DNA of 51,583 bases from NCBI RefSeq assembly GCF_018977255.1, contig NW_024705362.1:1-51583 (forward strand), written 5' to 3'. Of the stretch, positions 9,860 to 21,914 are shown piece by piece. The stretch's first letter is position 1; every line of letters begins with the position of its first letter. Position numbers and translations under genes: made by a program. The DNA is from Callorhinchus milii (lineage: Eukaryota). The notes under the pieces were generated by a model. It saw nothing but the letters and a program-made list of their open reading frames with translations, was not told the DNA's origin and did no database searches.

Positions 9860-11355
9860 ATTGTTCAATGTAAGTAGCGCCTCTCTACTTTATTGTTGTT
9901 TTATTTGTTTAATACATCACTTGTGGTGCCGTGAGTCGAGTGATGTGCGTCAATAACCTTGCTAGACACGGCTAAGCTTTTAATCAGGGGCGCCGCGGTG
10001 GCGAGATGTTAACTACCTCGCCAGGCCTACAGCAGCGTGCAGGTTCCATCACGACCCTGACGCCTGCTCTGTATTTGTACATTTTTATTTCCCCCGTGGT
10101 CGCATAGATTCTTCTCCTGGTCCTTCGGCTTTCCCCTCCACATTTAGAAACGTGAGTTTAGAAGAGTACTTGGCTGCTATAAATGTCCACATGATAAGCC
10201 ACTAAGTTGAGCTGTCGTTTGTGGCCAGGTCGCTTCTGATAAGAGCTATAAAGCTCTGTGGGCCTTACCTGGTAAAATAGAAATAGTTTATAGTTTAGTT
10301 ATAGTTCATAAGAACTCGTGGCAAGGGTCAGTGTCTACTTCAAATATTGTTCAGGCTCCGCAGACCTCCAAAGTTATTCGTGATGTTATACATTTGGTTC
10401 GTTTTGAGCATAATCGCGACCTTATATAATTATTACGTGATGCACACGCTGAATATACGCACACACACATCGTGTACACGTGTGTCGTGCCCTCTATTGT
10501 CTACAACTCTACATAGACGGCTTGTGCTGACTAGAGAACGGTCTTAACGAACAATGTCGTGACATGTATCAGCCCTTTGTCGATCCGGCGTTTTGATAGA
10601 GGCCTCCCCCACACCATGTCGTTCGTGGGAGTTGTTTAACCATACTTCACCATGCCGGTCAATGCGGGTTTGGTGAAGTGAGGAGGCCCAGAAACTATAT
10701 GCAGGCACGAGTTGGCCTGTGCTTGCATCTGCAGAATTACAATCTCACACATCTTAAAGTATAGTTTTATACTTCTAAAAATGCATTTATTCTTGAGGAT
10801 TCCATAAAGTACTCTGGTAAAAAGAAAACGACTTGATTTCAATGCTTTGTTGAACAGGGAATGCTTTGAGTTTGTGGGTTGCATCTATCTGTGCTGAGTT
10901 GTGTTATTTCCCCATATGCAAGTGGGGTCTTTCTGGGTTCCACTCACACAAACATCTCAAAGCAATGGGACCTTTCTGAAAATGCACTACTTAGACTCAA
11001 TGAGGCTTTCCTGGGTAACTAGTTAACATTTTAATAATTAGCATGAGAGAAAATGACGTTGACTTATTAGTGCCATTAATAGTACTATACTGTACTTTTA
11101 TTGAAGACTATTTTACGTAGTTGTTTGTAAAAAAGTGTCCATTCTCAAAACTTTTTGACGGGCCCTCGTACAGAAATGATATTACAATCTTCTTTGGATA
11201 TTGCGAGTCAGAGTGTTGTGAATAGTGGACTGAACGTGTGGTGCCACCATTATATTGTTGGTGTATTTATACAGAAAGGCCTATTTGGTGGGTAACATTA
11301 GGAAAATGGAGGTAGTTAGTCATTGTTGTTAAACAAAATCTTATTTGGGTGGATG
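9860..11355 (+). repeat. Inverted paralog of 4903-7830 (ZF-gene upstream/intron sequence)
   Basis: 9870-10150 is the reverse complement of ~7530-7825, and 11335-11355 of ~4903-4925. More diverged than the direct duplication. Confidence 0.9.
9987..10155 (+). mobile_element. Degenerate tRNA-derived V-SINE-like element (also ~7530-7698 and ~50105-50282, minus)
   Basis: GGGGCGCCGCGGTGGCG head, B-box-like GGTTCCATCAC, then a CCCCGTGGTCGC...CTCCTGGTCCTTCGGCTTTCCCCTCCACA V-domain-like core. Confidence 0.5.
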
Positions 11356-11500
11356 AGAGGAATAAAATCGTACATGATAGGAACTGCAATATTGTGGAGT
11401 TCTGGTATAATGCGTTCTAGTATATATGAATGTTATGTCACCTTAAGTATGCCTTTGTGAGTACACACATGACACGGGTGACCTTTGTCTTTTGTTTCAG

Positions 11501-12337
11501 ATGTGCGAGAACATCTCCGCTGCTGCTAGTCATAGTGGTGCTGGGAGAATCGCCTTGACCATCGATGGCGCTTCACCAGCACCATCTTAACCCCAGCTCA
11601 ATCGATCGAGTTACGAGAGGGAAAAAACTAATCGCTTGTGACGTTTGTGGGAAAAAATTCCAACTGGCATGGTGCCTAGATTCCCACATGAAAACGCACA
11701 AGAGACCCATGAGCAGTGGTGCGGCACATGCGGACGAAAATTTGATCAGCCAGGAAAATTAAAAAGGCACATGAAGACCCACGAAAAGGATTATTTGATA
11801 AAGGGTGCACCAGGCTTGGTAAACAACGGCAGTTTTGCCAATGCGGTGTTGAAGCCACCGTCGCCCTATGAGATGTGCTCATTCTGCGGATTTTTATGTC
11901 CTATTGAAATCTTGAAAACTCATGAAAGTCTTCACGCACAGTTTTTGTACAGACCGAAGCCTGAACATGATTACGCTTCGACAAAAGATAGTGGCGTTAA
12001 GATAAATGACATGAAATCCAATTTTCTTGAATGCTTTGGCCTAGTTCCACGTCAACAAACTGCTTCATCAGTCAGTGAGAATAAACCATACGCTGCTCTC
12101 GATCCTATTACGAGCATGAAAGTATTGATGGCCTTGCAGCAGAAGAAGGAAAAGCGAAGGGGACGTAAGTCCATTAAAAGAAGAAAGACCACCACCAGCG
12201 TAACCAATTGCAGCAGTAGTAACAGCCAGAATTCGGACATCAAGAGGATGGACTGCACGGAAGCAGGAGGCTGCGTGGAGCAGAGCATCCCCAAGGTGGA
12301 TGAACCCAACCTGGCACCTTTGGGTACGTCCGAGTAA
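11501..12337 (+). pseudogene. C2H2 zinc-finger gene terminal exon with three 1-bp frameshifts (pseudogene or consensus errors)
   Basis: Acceptor TTTTGTTTCAG|ATG. Fingers CDVCGKKF...HMKTH, CGTCGRKF...HMKTH and CSFC...HESLH; basic NLS-like KKEKRRGRKSIKRRK; stop at 12337. Confidence 0.8.
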
Positions 12338-13099
12338 TGCACACACTACATTTCATTTGGGTGTAATTCATAATTTCACAAATGAAGTAATGTACGCATG
12401 TGCTGACCATATTTGTATCCCAGTGCTGAGGAGTCTAGAGATCTGATGTGGTGCTGCTCGGATGTTGGGTTAAACTCTGGGTTTCAGTCACTGAGCCATG
12501 ACTAAACTGGCTTCTCATTGATGGTCTTATCCAGTTACCAAACACTTCTTCCAGCAAACACTTCTGTTGTTGCGTGGCACGTAGGAAATTGCAAAACCTC
12601 CGAGTGTATAAAAAACGGTCACGAAGGGATGTCATGAGTAGTGCAATGATATCTCCTTCCACAAGCTGTTCTCTTACATGAGGTGGTTCACTGCTGTGTG
12701 AGAGTTGCACAGGGATACTTCATCCCATGACATGGAGCCAATAGCACGATTGGAATAAAACTGAGCAAAATACATTGTTTGACAAATTCTAAAACGTGTC
12801 TGCTAATTTCTTAACCGGGGTAAATTTAATTCAACAAGTGGGTCAATTTAGGGAACATTGTTAAATGTATAGACCGAGTCATTTCCATAATGGGAATTTC
12901 CTCTTCATTGTACTAACACCTAACTTCCATGCACATTTACTCGTTCTATTGCAGGTAATTATTGCGTAATTAATGAGCTGTAATAGAATAATCTGGCTCA
13001 ACCACCTCAGTGTTAAATTATAGTTGTTGCTCTGCATCAATATCAACCATACGAAGAAGTACAAAATGTTGGGGCTTCAAAATATGCCCCAAAAATGTG

Positions 13100-13845
13100 T
13101 TCCTTTGATATTTTTTAATAGTTTTAATAATCTGATCGCTTTCAGCAGTATTGCTGTTCGGTCTAGGTTTGGTATTCACTGCTCTGTTAATTTGAGCATT
13201 ATTGTAGCCATTCAATCATAGCGCTTCTTTGACATGTTTAATCTCTCTCCTCAGACTTTCACCATCTGACATTGTTTTAGCCTGATGTATGAGCGTCTTG
13301 ATGAGAGATGATTTCTGTGCGGGGTTCCCTTTCGGTAAACGCAGTGTGTTATTTTACCATTTAGGCCTCGTCCGAGCAAAATATCCAGCAAAGGGAGTGT
13401 GTTATTCACCTCCATTTCCATGGTCAACTGTATGGCCGGGTTTTGTTAATTGAGATGATTTAGACCAGAGCCGGCCCAGCCACTAAGCGACCCTTGCAAT
13501 TTCAAAGGGTCCCGTGGCCAGCAGAGGGCCCCCTAGAGTCACTGCTAGCTAGTGGGTGAAAAAAATCATACATCAAAGGGGCCTCCAACCAAATTTTGCT
13601 TAGGGCCCCCAAAGGTCTAGGGCCGGTTCTGATTTAGACATTCATTCATTAAGTGTATCATTACCATGTGGGCAGACAACAACTAAACCAAAAAGATGGT
13701 TTTAATGTACTTGAAGCAAGTGCTCTTGCTTAAAAGTTTCCCATGTACAGATTCGCTACAGCAGGAGATAAAGGAGAGCCCATTGCTGCTACTTCCTTTT
13801 GTTTAAAGAAATCACCTCTCCATAGGAAATAAGTCTGTTAGAGGC
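13100..13845 (-). mobile_element. Degenerate PLE RT fragment (family distinct from 685-2950)
   Basis: Minus-strand translation segments YFLWRGDFFKQKEVAAMGSPLSPAVANLYM, PAIQLTMEMEVNNTLPLLDIL, CVYRK and NGYNNAQINRA. Confidence 0.8.
13466..13631. mobile_element. hAT-superfamily MITE
   Basis: TIRs CAGAGCCGGCCC / GGGCCGGTTCTG (11 of 12 match) and 8-bp TSD ATTTAGAC (13458-13465 / 13632-13639). Confidence 0.85.
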
Positions 13846-13904
13846 CACGGGGGGGGGGGGGGGAGTTTATCGTTGTGTTTGTCGCTGCGAGCAGACGGCG
13901 CGCA

Positions 13905-14048
13905 ATGGAGAGCTTGCTCAGAGCGGAGCTGGGCACGGACTCGGCGAGGCCGCTGGGCGCTGCGGCCAGTGGAGGCTGCATCAACACCGGGCAGAGCTAC
14001 GAGACGGGGCGCGGACACGTGTTCACCAAGATCAACGCCAAGAGCGGG
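13905..14048 (+). pseudogene. FN3K/FN3KRP: Orphan FN3K-family exon 1, copy 2
   Basis: MESLLRAELGTDSARPLGAAASGGCINTGQSYETGRGHVFTKINAKSG. The GGGCIS motif is altered to SGGCIN. Confidence 0.78.
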
Positions 14049-16029
14049 GCACCCTCCTCTACACCTCCTCACCATGCCACCTCTCCTCCTCACTACGCCA
14101 CGTCACCACTTCACCTCCTGTCATTAATTCATCTTTCCACGCGCACCAGTATCACTCGTTTTTTCGCTGCGACTACTACCACCACCGTGGTGAATGTTGC
14201 AGTGAACTTCACCTCGTTGATTCCCCCTTCCACCCACGTTAAGGGACTCGGTCTACCAGACACTTTGACCGCTTCGTCTCATCCACTCCGCGTTCAACCA
14301 CCGCGCCTCACTGCAGTTCACAACAACGCACTCAACAAAACAACTCGGTCACCCACTCATCCAGTCACTAACTCAATGACCCTATCACCCACTCATCCAG
14401 TCACCCACTCATCCAGTCACCCACGCATCCGGTCACTTACTCATCCACTCACCCACTCACGCACTCATCCACTCACCCACTCATCTATCACCCACTCATC
14501 CAGTCACCCACTCATCCAGTAACGCAATCATCCAGTCACCCACGCATCCGATCACTGACTCAATCACCCTATCACACACTCCTCCACTCGTTTACTCAAA
14601 CACTCACCCATTTACTCACCCACCCGCTCACCACTATGCAGATCACCTCACTCTTTTCAGCTTCATCAATTTGCACTGCTCCACTCTGGAATCCCCACCC
14701 GGTCTTCCTATTACCCCAAACTCTTGCAACAATAAACTTGATCAATTTAAGGAACGTGTTTCTATGATCTTAATTATCTAATTACTCATTGACAGTTGTG
14801 TATTATTATTTTTGTTGCTGGCCGCTTGGCTTTTTGTATTGTGTGGGGTTTGCATAGCTGTCAACCCCTTATCATTGCCTACCTTATTACAGACCAATTC
14901 AGACCTTGTTGGTCACCCCGTGCCCCTTATAAATCTCAACGTTCATCCTACAAAGTCCCATCACAAGGGAGAAGCACACACAAATAGACTTAATACAAAT
15001 GTTGCCCGTTTTGAAACGGCTGTGTGCCGTATAGACCTGAAAACTCACTTTCCCCCAACAGAATACGGGTAAACCGTGTGGGTTGACAGCTACGGGTTTT
15101 GTTGTGTTTGCGAGTCCAAGTTATAGGACTGCACCCTGGGTTGTGCGTGGTTCTCATTGGTAGGAGATTCCCTTCGCTGTGTTGCACGCCAGTGGCTGGG
15201 GGCTGCCTGGGGCCTTTGACGTGTGAGCCCTTCCCAATGTGCACCGTCAAACATTTATCGCTCGGTGACCCCAGTGTTTATTGCCCGTCTACACGTGGAT
15301 ACCTGAAGCCCATGTCACTCCACTGCTGGATGAGTCCCCAATGAAGATACAATCAGTGCATCCACTTTGTTTTTGCACTCTACCTGTTCATTGGCGGCCG
15401 AATGCGAATCTAAATGTGCATACGTTGGAGACTGGTTTAGGCCATAGAAATCAAACCAATTGACCCATGACCTTTTCCCCATAAACTTTTGTAGAATTGT
15501 AGATGTGCATTACAGCTACTTTAGCCGGGTGGTTGTGGCTATGTATGCCTGTAATCCACGACTGCGTGGAGGTGAGGGTTGGGGGATTACAAAAATGTTG
15601 CGAAAACTCCCACCCCGTTGGTCGTCAAGGAGGTAGAGAAGGCGGTATCGAAAAATGTGGACTCCGCCTGTTCCATCTCTTTTTGTGATAGAGCGTTGGC
15701 CCCCCATTTGCTTGGATTTCTCCAGGTGCTCCGATTTCCTCTCACATGTAAACACTCATTAATCTTGATTTGAAGCTTTCGTGACTGCAGGAATCCATAC
15801 TCTCTGGTTGTTTCTGTAAAGTCAAGTAGGGAGAAAAAATAATAATGGTTCACGACGTTTCGATCGCCACACAAGCAAATCGTCGAAGCGCCGGGTGGCT
15901 AAAGCACAGCAAGTTGGCACAGTAGGGGGCACAGGTGGTGCATCAGCCACTCATCTCGGTCATCTCAGTCAGTCGACCCGTGGCACCTGCTGGGTCTGCC
16001 CCGTGACCTCGTGCCAGCGGGCCTTCGAC

Positions 16030-16352
16030 ACTCAACACGTGGCAGCCTCAACGTGCACCTCGCCTCGCACAAGCGTCGTGGTGACGTCACCTCCACTTTG
16101 TAGCCAATGGCGGTTGTTGTTGACGACGTCGCCTAGGCAACGCCGCCCCGCCCCCCTGTGCCCCCCGCCTCGCTCTGTGCACGCGAGGAGGCGCCAATCC
16201 GTGACGCGGCACTGAACGCGGCGCGTCACCGCTCAGCGCGGGTTGGGCCCTCGGCGCGTGCACGGCAGGCGCACGCTCGCTAATGTTTACTCTTTTACTC
16301 GCGTTTGTGTTCCTCGTCGTCTTTGTCTTTGTTGTTGTTGTTAAAGGTGAGG
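16030..16352 (+). promoter_or_regulatory. CpG-island promoter-like region with probable non-coding first exon
   Basis: Dense CpG, full CRE TGACGTCA (16082-16089), CCAAT boxes, GC box, and donor-like AAG|GTGAGG at ~16347. Confidence 0.55.
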
Positions 16353-16817
16353 TGAATGATGATGATGATGCGCGACGTGTGTATTGATGTATACGCGCAG
16401 TTTATATGTTTAAACGTGATAGTAGGTTAGGCCCCAGAGCCCTTTTTTCCTAATGAGCTTTTTATGCACCAACCTCAATTATTGCGCTTTTGTTAATCAT
16501 TAACATTTAACAGGAATAATTTACTTTAGATAGCTGATCAAGCTACGATATTTTGCACAACTGACGATGGCAAAACTGTGGATATTGTGCGATATGTGCC
16601 ACTGAAACCGCAAGAACTCAATAATGACGACTCGTGTTGAGTGTTTAATCTGCAAGCAATGAGCCCACCACAGGTTCGGAAATGTTTGAATGGAAACAGT
16701 GAAATTAGTGAAAATCTTTTTGCTCTGCCTAGGAATACAAAACATGTAAGAGAATACATTTGATTTAAAGATACGACTCTTCAAAGGCTTTGGTTGTAGT
16801 TAGCAATATTTGAATTT

Positions 16818-17434
16818 CTATTTGGTTCTTTCGGTAAAGTCACGTAGAAAGAAAATAAATTAAATAATAGAATCGACGTTTCGATTGCAACACAAGCAAT
16901 CGTCATCAAGTAGAAAACAAACCTAGTGAACTTAGAAATACAATGCAACCAACACAGAGAGTCGGCTAACACAACAGTCAACACCTTACCTGGTTGATTA
17001 CGTTCTTCCAAAGATGACTACATTTGAGAGACAAAACACAGACAGAGAGAGACACAACATAGACACACACTGTGTGTCTATGTTGTGTGTCTCTGCTTGT
17101 GTGTCTATGTTGTGTGTCTCTGTGTGTATCTCTGTTTGTCTCCTCTGCTTGTGTGTCTGTCTGTGTGTTCCCGTGTCTGTGTTTTGTCTCTCAAATGTAG
17201 TAATCTTTGGAAGAATGTAATCAACCAGGTGAGGTGCTGACTGTTGTGTTAGCCGACTCTCTGTGTTGTGTTGGATTGTATTTCTATGTTCACTAGCTTT
17301 GTTTTCTACCTGATGACGATTGCTTGTGTTGCAATCGAAACGTCGAATTCTATTATTTAATTTATTTTATTTCTACGTGACTTTACCGAAAGAACCAAAG
17401 AGTAATCCTGCAGTCACGAAAGCTTCAAATCAAT
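16818..17434. mobile_element. Fold-back PLE-terminus insertion
   Basis: TSD TATTTGAATTT (16807-16817 / 17435-17445). Arms ~16821-17043 / 17175-17399 around a TG/TC microsatellite; hammerhead core at 17310-17344. Confidence 0.88.
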
Positions 17435-17798
17435 TATTTGAATTTGTTTAAACGAACTGTATTCTCTTACATGTTTTGTATTCCTAGGCATTAAATGTGT
17501 GCTAAAGATTCAGACTAATTGTAAATCTAATGGGACCACTTTAATCGATGTCCGTTAATATTTGTAGGCGTGGTAAGGTTTCGAGACGCACTCGGCGATG
17601 TGAATGAGATGGGGCTGCGTGAAATGCAGTCCGTGTTCTTCCTCGTCCATTTGCCTTCATTCAAACGTCAACATTTGATCTGCCTGTCTCTGTCATTAAG
17701 GCCACATGGCCACAGTATCTCTTAGTTCTTGCAAGGTAAGCTGGAGTCATTCTCTTTTCGACATATGTCCCACCAAATTCTGTAATAATAATGTTCCA

Positions 17799-18047
17799 TA
17801 TTCTTGGTTCTTTCGGTAAAGTCACGTAGAAGGGAAATAATAAAATAATAGAAATATAAAACAATAAAAATTCTCACGACGTTTCCATTGCAACACACAC
17901 CTGATGATGATTGCTTGTGTTGCAGTGGAAACGTCGTGAGAATTTTTATTGTTTGATATTTTTATTATTTTATTATTTCCCTTCTACGTGACTTTACCGA
18001 AAGAACCAAGAATATGAATCCCTGCAGTCACGAAAGCTTTAAATCTA
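17799..18047. mobile_element. Fold-back PLE-terminus insertion with hammerhead
   Basis: TSD AATAATGTTCCA (17787-17798 / 18048-18059), ~100-bp arms, and CAC CUGAUGA...GAAACGUC GUG at 17898-17938. Confidence 0.9.
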
Positions 18048-18639
18048 AATAATGTTCCAGTTTCTCTTTCTGTTTTTAAATATAGATTTAAATAAATATA
18101 CATTAAAAATGTTGTGGCTTTGCTCTAACACACAACCGGTGTGCTGTACTGGTAACGAATTGGCATGTTCTGTTTAAGTGACAAACCTTACTAATTGGCT
18201 TTGTCGAGTGGTGGTGGGTTTACGACATATTTATATATTTGCGCGATCTTACCCAAAAAAAATCTCTAACGTCTTTCAAATTGTTCTGATGCACAGTGCT
18301 ACATTTCAAATTACTGTCATGTTTGCAACGGGTTGTATTGCTTCTTCCAGAAATCTACTTTCCCGAGTGGTTGTGCATTAGTCGCTTGTTTCAGAGGTTC
18401 GCGATTTAAGCCCAGGGGTCGCCCTAGTTAATACTGCGGGTGTATTAACCAAAACTGCATTTCCATATGTTTCACAAATAATGTAAAAACAAAAAAATCC
18501 AGTGATATTATTCATTAATGAGGAGGACATGTGTTTCGGCGTCACCATCGAAATTTGCCAATCTCAGAAATTACTGGATTGGGTAAAACCACATTTATGT
18601 ATGTTGAACTTCTTTAGCAGTGTACGTAACCAACCATGC

Positions 18640-18835
18640 TAATCAGAGGTGTGGAGAAGGACAACAACTGAACACAAAAACAGTTCTAAAGAAATTAGTT
18701 TTCAATCTATATTTAAAAATGCATGGCTCCAGTGGCTTCCTAATATCGGAAGGAAGAGCATTCCAGTTGGCCGCAGAAGCGCGTCTGAAAGCGAGTGATG
18801 CGGTGACTGTCTTTGTTAGATGGCTCGCCAAAAGC
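18640..18835 (-). mobile_element. L2/CR1-group LINE 3' remnant
   Basis: AFRRASAANWNALPSDIR...FKYRLKTNFF is typical of the L2 ORF2 C-terminus. Confidence 0.7.
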
Positions 18836-19008
18836 CGCTGCTGCTAGGATGATCCACCAACCCCATCTCTCGATGGCAATCGTGCATTGCCAGCACACCG
18901 TGCATTCGCCGTTGAACCACTCGTCCATCACGTGCTCCATCATCACAACTACAGCATTGCGCTGCACCTGTGGCCACCACGGTTGCTCACTTTGCTTTGC
19001 TTGTTTAG

Positions 19009-21914
19009 GTGATCGGCAAGGCCAGGAAGGCGAGCGGGAGGCGTTGGACCGTTATCTGGCTCGCATCGAGTGCGACATCAAGCAGGAGGTGGAGGGCCGG
19101 CTACACAAGATCAAGAAACACTTGTTGGAGTCGTTCCCCTTGCCAGGGACGAGCGCCGATCTTCGCCGACAGTTCATGACACAGCCAGCGGCCGAGATGG
19201 TGCTGCAGGTCTTCCAGAACGCCGAGGACATCTTTGTGAATAAGCTGAAAAGGTGGGGGCCATGGCGTCTGGACTTAATGCAACAAAATTACCGTGCGAG
19301 AAAATAATGCATCTGCTTATATTTTCCACAATACATTTGTCCTCGGAATTATTGAATGAGTGATAATCGCCATACGTTTCAAGTCTGTGGATACTTCCAC
19401 CAGTATCAAAAGACTTGCTCTACCACTGAATTAACACTCCTATAACATTTAGGGTCATCGCTTTTACAAAATTCATTCACACGTTGAGACAAAAGTAAGA
19501 GTGGGCATTGAAATCGGTCGGACATCTATGCATGTTCACCCTCTATTTGTCCCAAGAGTGCGAAATGGCTGCACGTGGTTTGGATCCTTTGTTGTCTCCA
19601 CCGACAGTGTGTGCAGGACTTCCTGGGCAGGTGAAAGGGGACACGCTGGCCCGGAAGCTGTTTCAGTTGGCTCTGTGCTGTGGCTCGCTCGAGACTCCTC
19701 GCGACCTCGTGGTCAAGGAGAAACCGGCCGCGTTTCTCGGCAACATCAGCACTCCCGACACCAGACCGCCGTGTCCTCCGGAGAGTAAGGTGACAAATTT
19801 GCATTTACAGTAGACTCTCGATTATCCGCGCTAATGACGGGGAGGATGGCTGCGGATGATTAAAAATCTCGGATGATCCAAAAATATCTATTTTCTGCGG
19901 ATCTCTATGCCAAAAACTAACGTTCAACCGATTGATGCACGTGCTTGGTGATCAAACTTTTCTGCTAATTTGACCAAGTCCAACATCGGCTCAACTTTCA
20001 TGCGACGGACATTACTCTCATGTTCAGAGTGGGATGGAATGTGCTTCCCTTTATGTGTGGACCAGAGGTCACTAGAAGCGATGTCAGAGGTAGCTTTGTG
20101 ATGTTCTCTTCTATGGGCCATTCTCCAATACGACGGGTTCCGCTGCTCTGTGAGAGATCCGAGTGGATCCTCCGTCTCATGACACGATATCGAAAGCACA
20201 ATCTGAATAAAATGTAGTTTCTTGTATTGTACATAAGGGGTCAGACCACGGAGGACCTTCAGAATGCTGAGTGTGAACTTGAAATTGATTCTGGACTGGT
20301 TCGGGGGATAGTTGAACAATTGGAATATTAGGTGGAGTGAGATGTCTGCCAGCGTTTTTTTGAGTCCATAATCAAGATTTTTGGGTTAGATCATGTAAAT
20401 ATGCACTCAATAATACACGTAAATATGCACTATTTATTCGACCTAATCCAAAAATCTCTATTGCGGCTAATATTGGTCACGAAGGCCTTCGTGTTAAACT
20501 TGTTTTTTTTAGTCTTCTGGAATCTGGCGATGAAACGTATCGGGGAGTCGTAGATGAGACGTGGGGGTGGGGGGGCGGAGAGAGAGTTGCAATTGTCGAG
20601 CCTATTGGAGCGAGTTACAACATCGTTGTCCTCTCTACAATGGCATTGCTCCTCTCCTTCACAGAGGCGGTAGCCGAGCAGCTGGTCCGTCTGCTGAGCC
20701 ACGCAAGTTACGATGGCAGAGCTCCTGGGCCTGCCCGCGCTGTCACGCGTGGAGAAGCAGCTTGCCGAGCACTTTGACTCGTGCGACCTCCCCAGCCTGG
20801 GCCTCGGCTCCTTCTTGGACATCCTCCAGGTGCGTACGTGACATGCGTGAGCCCACTCGCCTCCAGCTGGTAAGAGACAGTACAGCAAGTAGGTGTGCGA
20901 CACTGCCCGTGCAAGGTTTGAGTGTACTTCCCGCCTCTGAGTGGCGCAAACTTAAGTTCACTTCCGAAATTGTGCGCAATAATATTAGTTTATTATTATG
21001 AACTTAAAACTCAGTTGTCGATAACTCGAAATACGTTTGAGTGTTATTTGTGCTTATGTAATCACTGCCAATGCAGAGCACAACAAATTATCACGTAAGA
21101 TACATGGGTTTTCTCTTGTCAATCTTAAAAATGTACGTGAATTTGGTAAAAGTGAGTGTACAAAAGTGACATTAAGGAAAAAATGTTCATAACACTATAT
21201 ATGCAAAGTGGCCGGGTGGCTCAGAGATCAAAGCGGTGCGTTGTCAATAATGAGGTTCTGGGCTTGAATCTGGATTTTGACCGCTTGGGATTAAACCGAG
21301 TTTTCAAGTCTAGCAAGTTGATCGTCCCAGCCCCGTCAGCAGTGACTGCACAAAACATCAATCTTATTAAACTTGGGTTTTGCACTTCATTTTCTTATTT
21401 CCAGCTCTGAGAATAACAATTTCAGCTTGACTCTCGTGCGCCGCACAATCTCATAGCACAGCTAATGTGAAAGCGTTGGCTCCTGTTGTGTAAAAGATAA
21501 AAGGCCACCCACAGCATTTAAATGACACACGGGCTGCATGGCTATGCGAGATTTACGAATGGATTATTCGTCTCTTGACAAAACGCCGATAGCGCATTTG
21601 GAAGAAAAAAATTGAGAATGAATTTTGTTTTAATATGCAAACTTAAATCTCTAATATATTATTAGTTTTCGTGCACTGCATTGTGAGAAGCAGCTCCATG
21701 CGTATCTTTCAGTTTTAAGCCGGTGTTTGCCTTGCGATCGCCTCGGTGTCAACCAACCGATGTTGATTTGTTGTGTCTGTGGCAGCTGTTGGAGGAGACT
21801 GGGGTTGTGATCTCTGCCCTGGGCGGATCTGGAGCCACGGCGGGAAGCTTCTGCCCCAAGCGCGACGAGCTGCTGGAGTTCATCCGCCAGTGCGGCAGCT
21901 TCGACCCCGCAGCG
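19009..21914 (+). pseudogene. Four exons (19009-19252, 19608-19784, 20665-20829, 21786-21914) of a partial, frameshifted gene, probably NO VEIN-like
   Basis: AG/GT-bounded GC-rich exons: ...IKQEVEGRLHKIKKHLLE...; ...LARKLFQLALCCGSLETPRDLV...; ...VEKQLAEHFDSCDLPSLGLGSFLDIL; ...FCPKRDELLEFIRQCG. The LGxGSFL motif recalls the NOV-like N-terminus (from memory, unverified). Exons 2 and 3 need frameshifts. Confidence 0.55.
20230..20360 (-). mobile_element. Degenerate L2 LINE fragment
   Basis: PPNQSRINFKFTLSILKVLRGLTP resembles the L2 LPI..RI.FK.....FK.L.GLAP motif. Confidence 0.45.

Noticed and set aside
13875..14522. 215-aa ORF as a full gene
   Set aside because: Only about 48 codons are FN3K-like; the rest is read-through into low-complexity CA-rich sequence.
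18105..18262. Inverted match to ~26155-26305 as TIRs of an 8-kb transposon
   Set aside because: Diverged, no TSD or transposase between them; more simply two copies of a dispersed repeat.
21208..21290. tRNA-like sequence
   Set aside because: Degenerate A/B boxes and no convincing cloverleaf; at most a SINE head.
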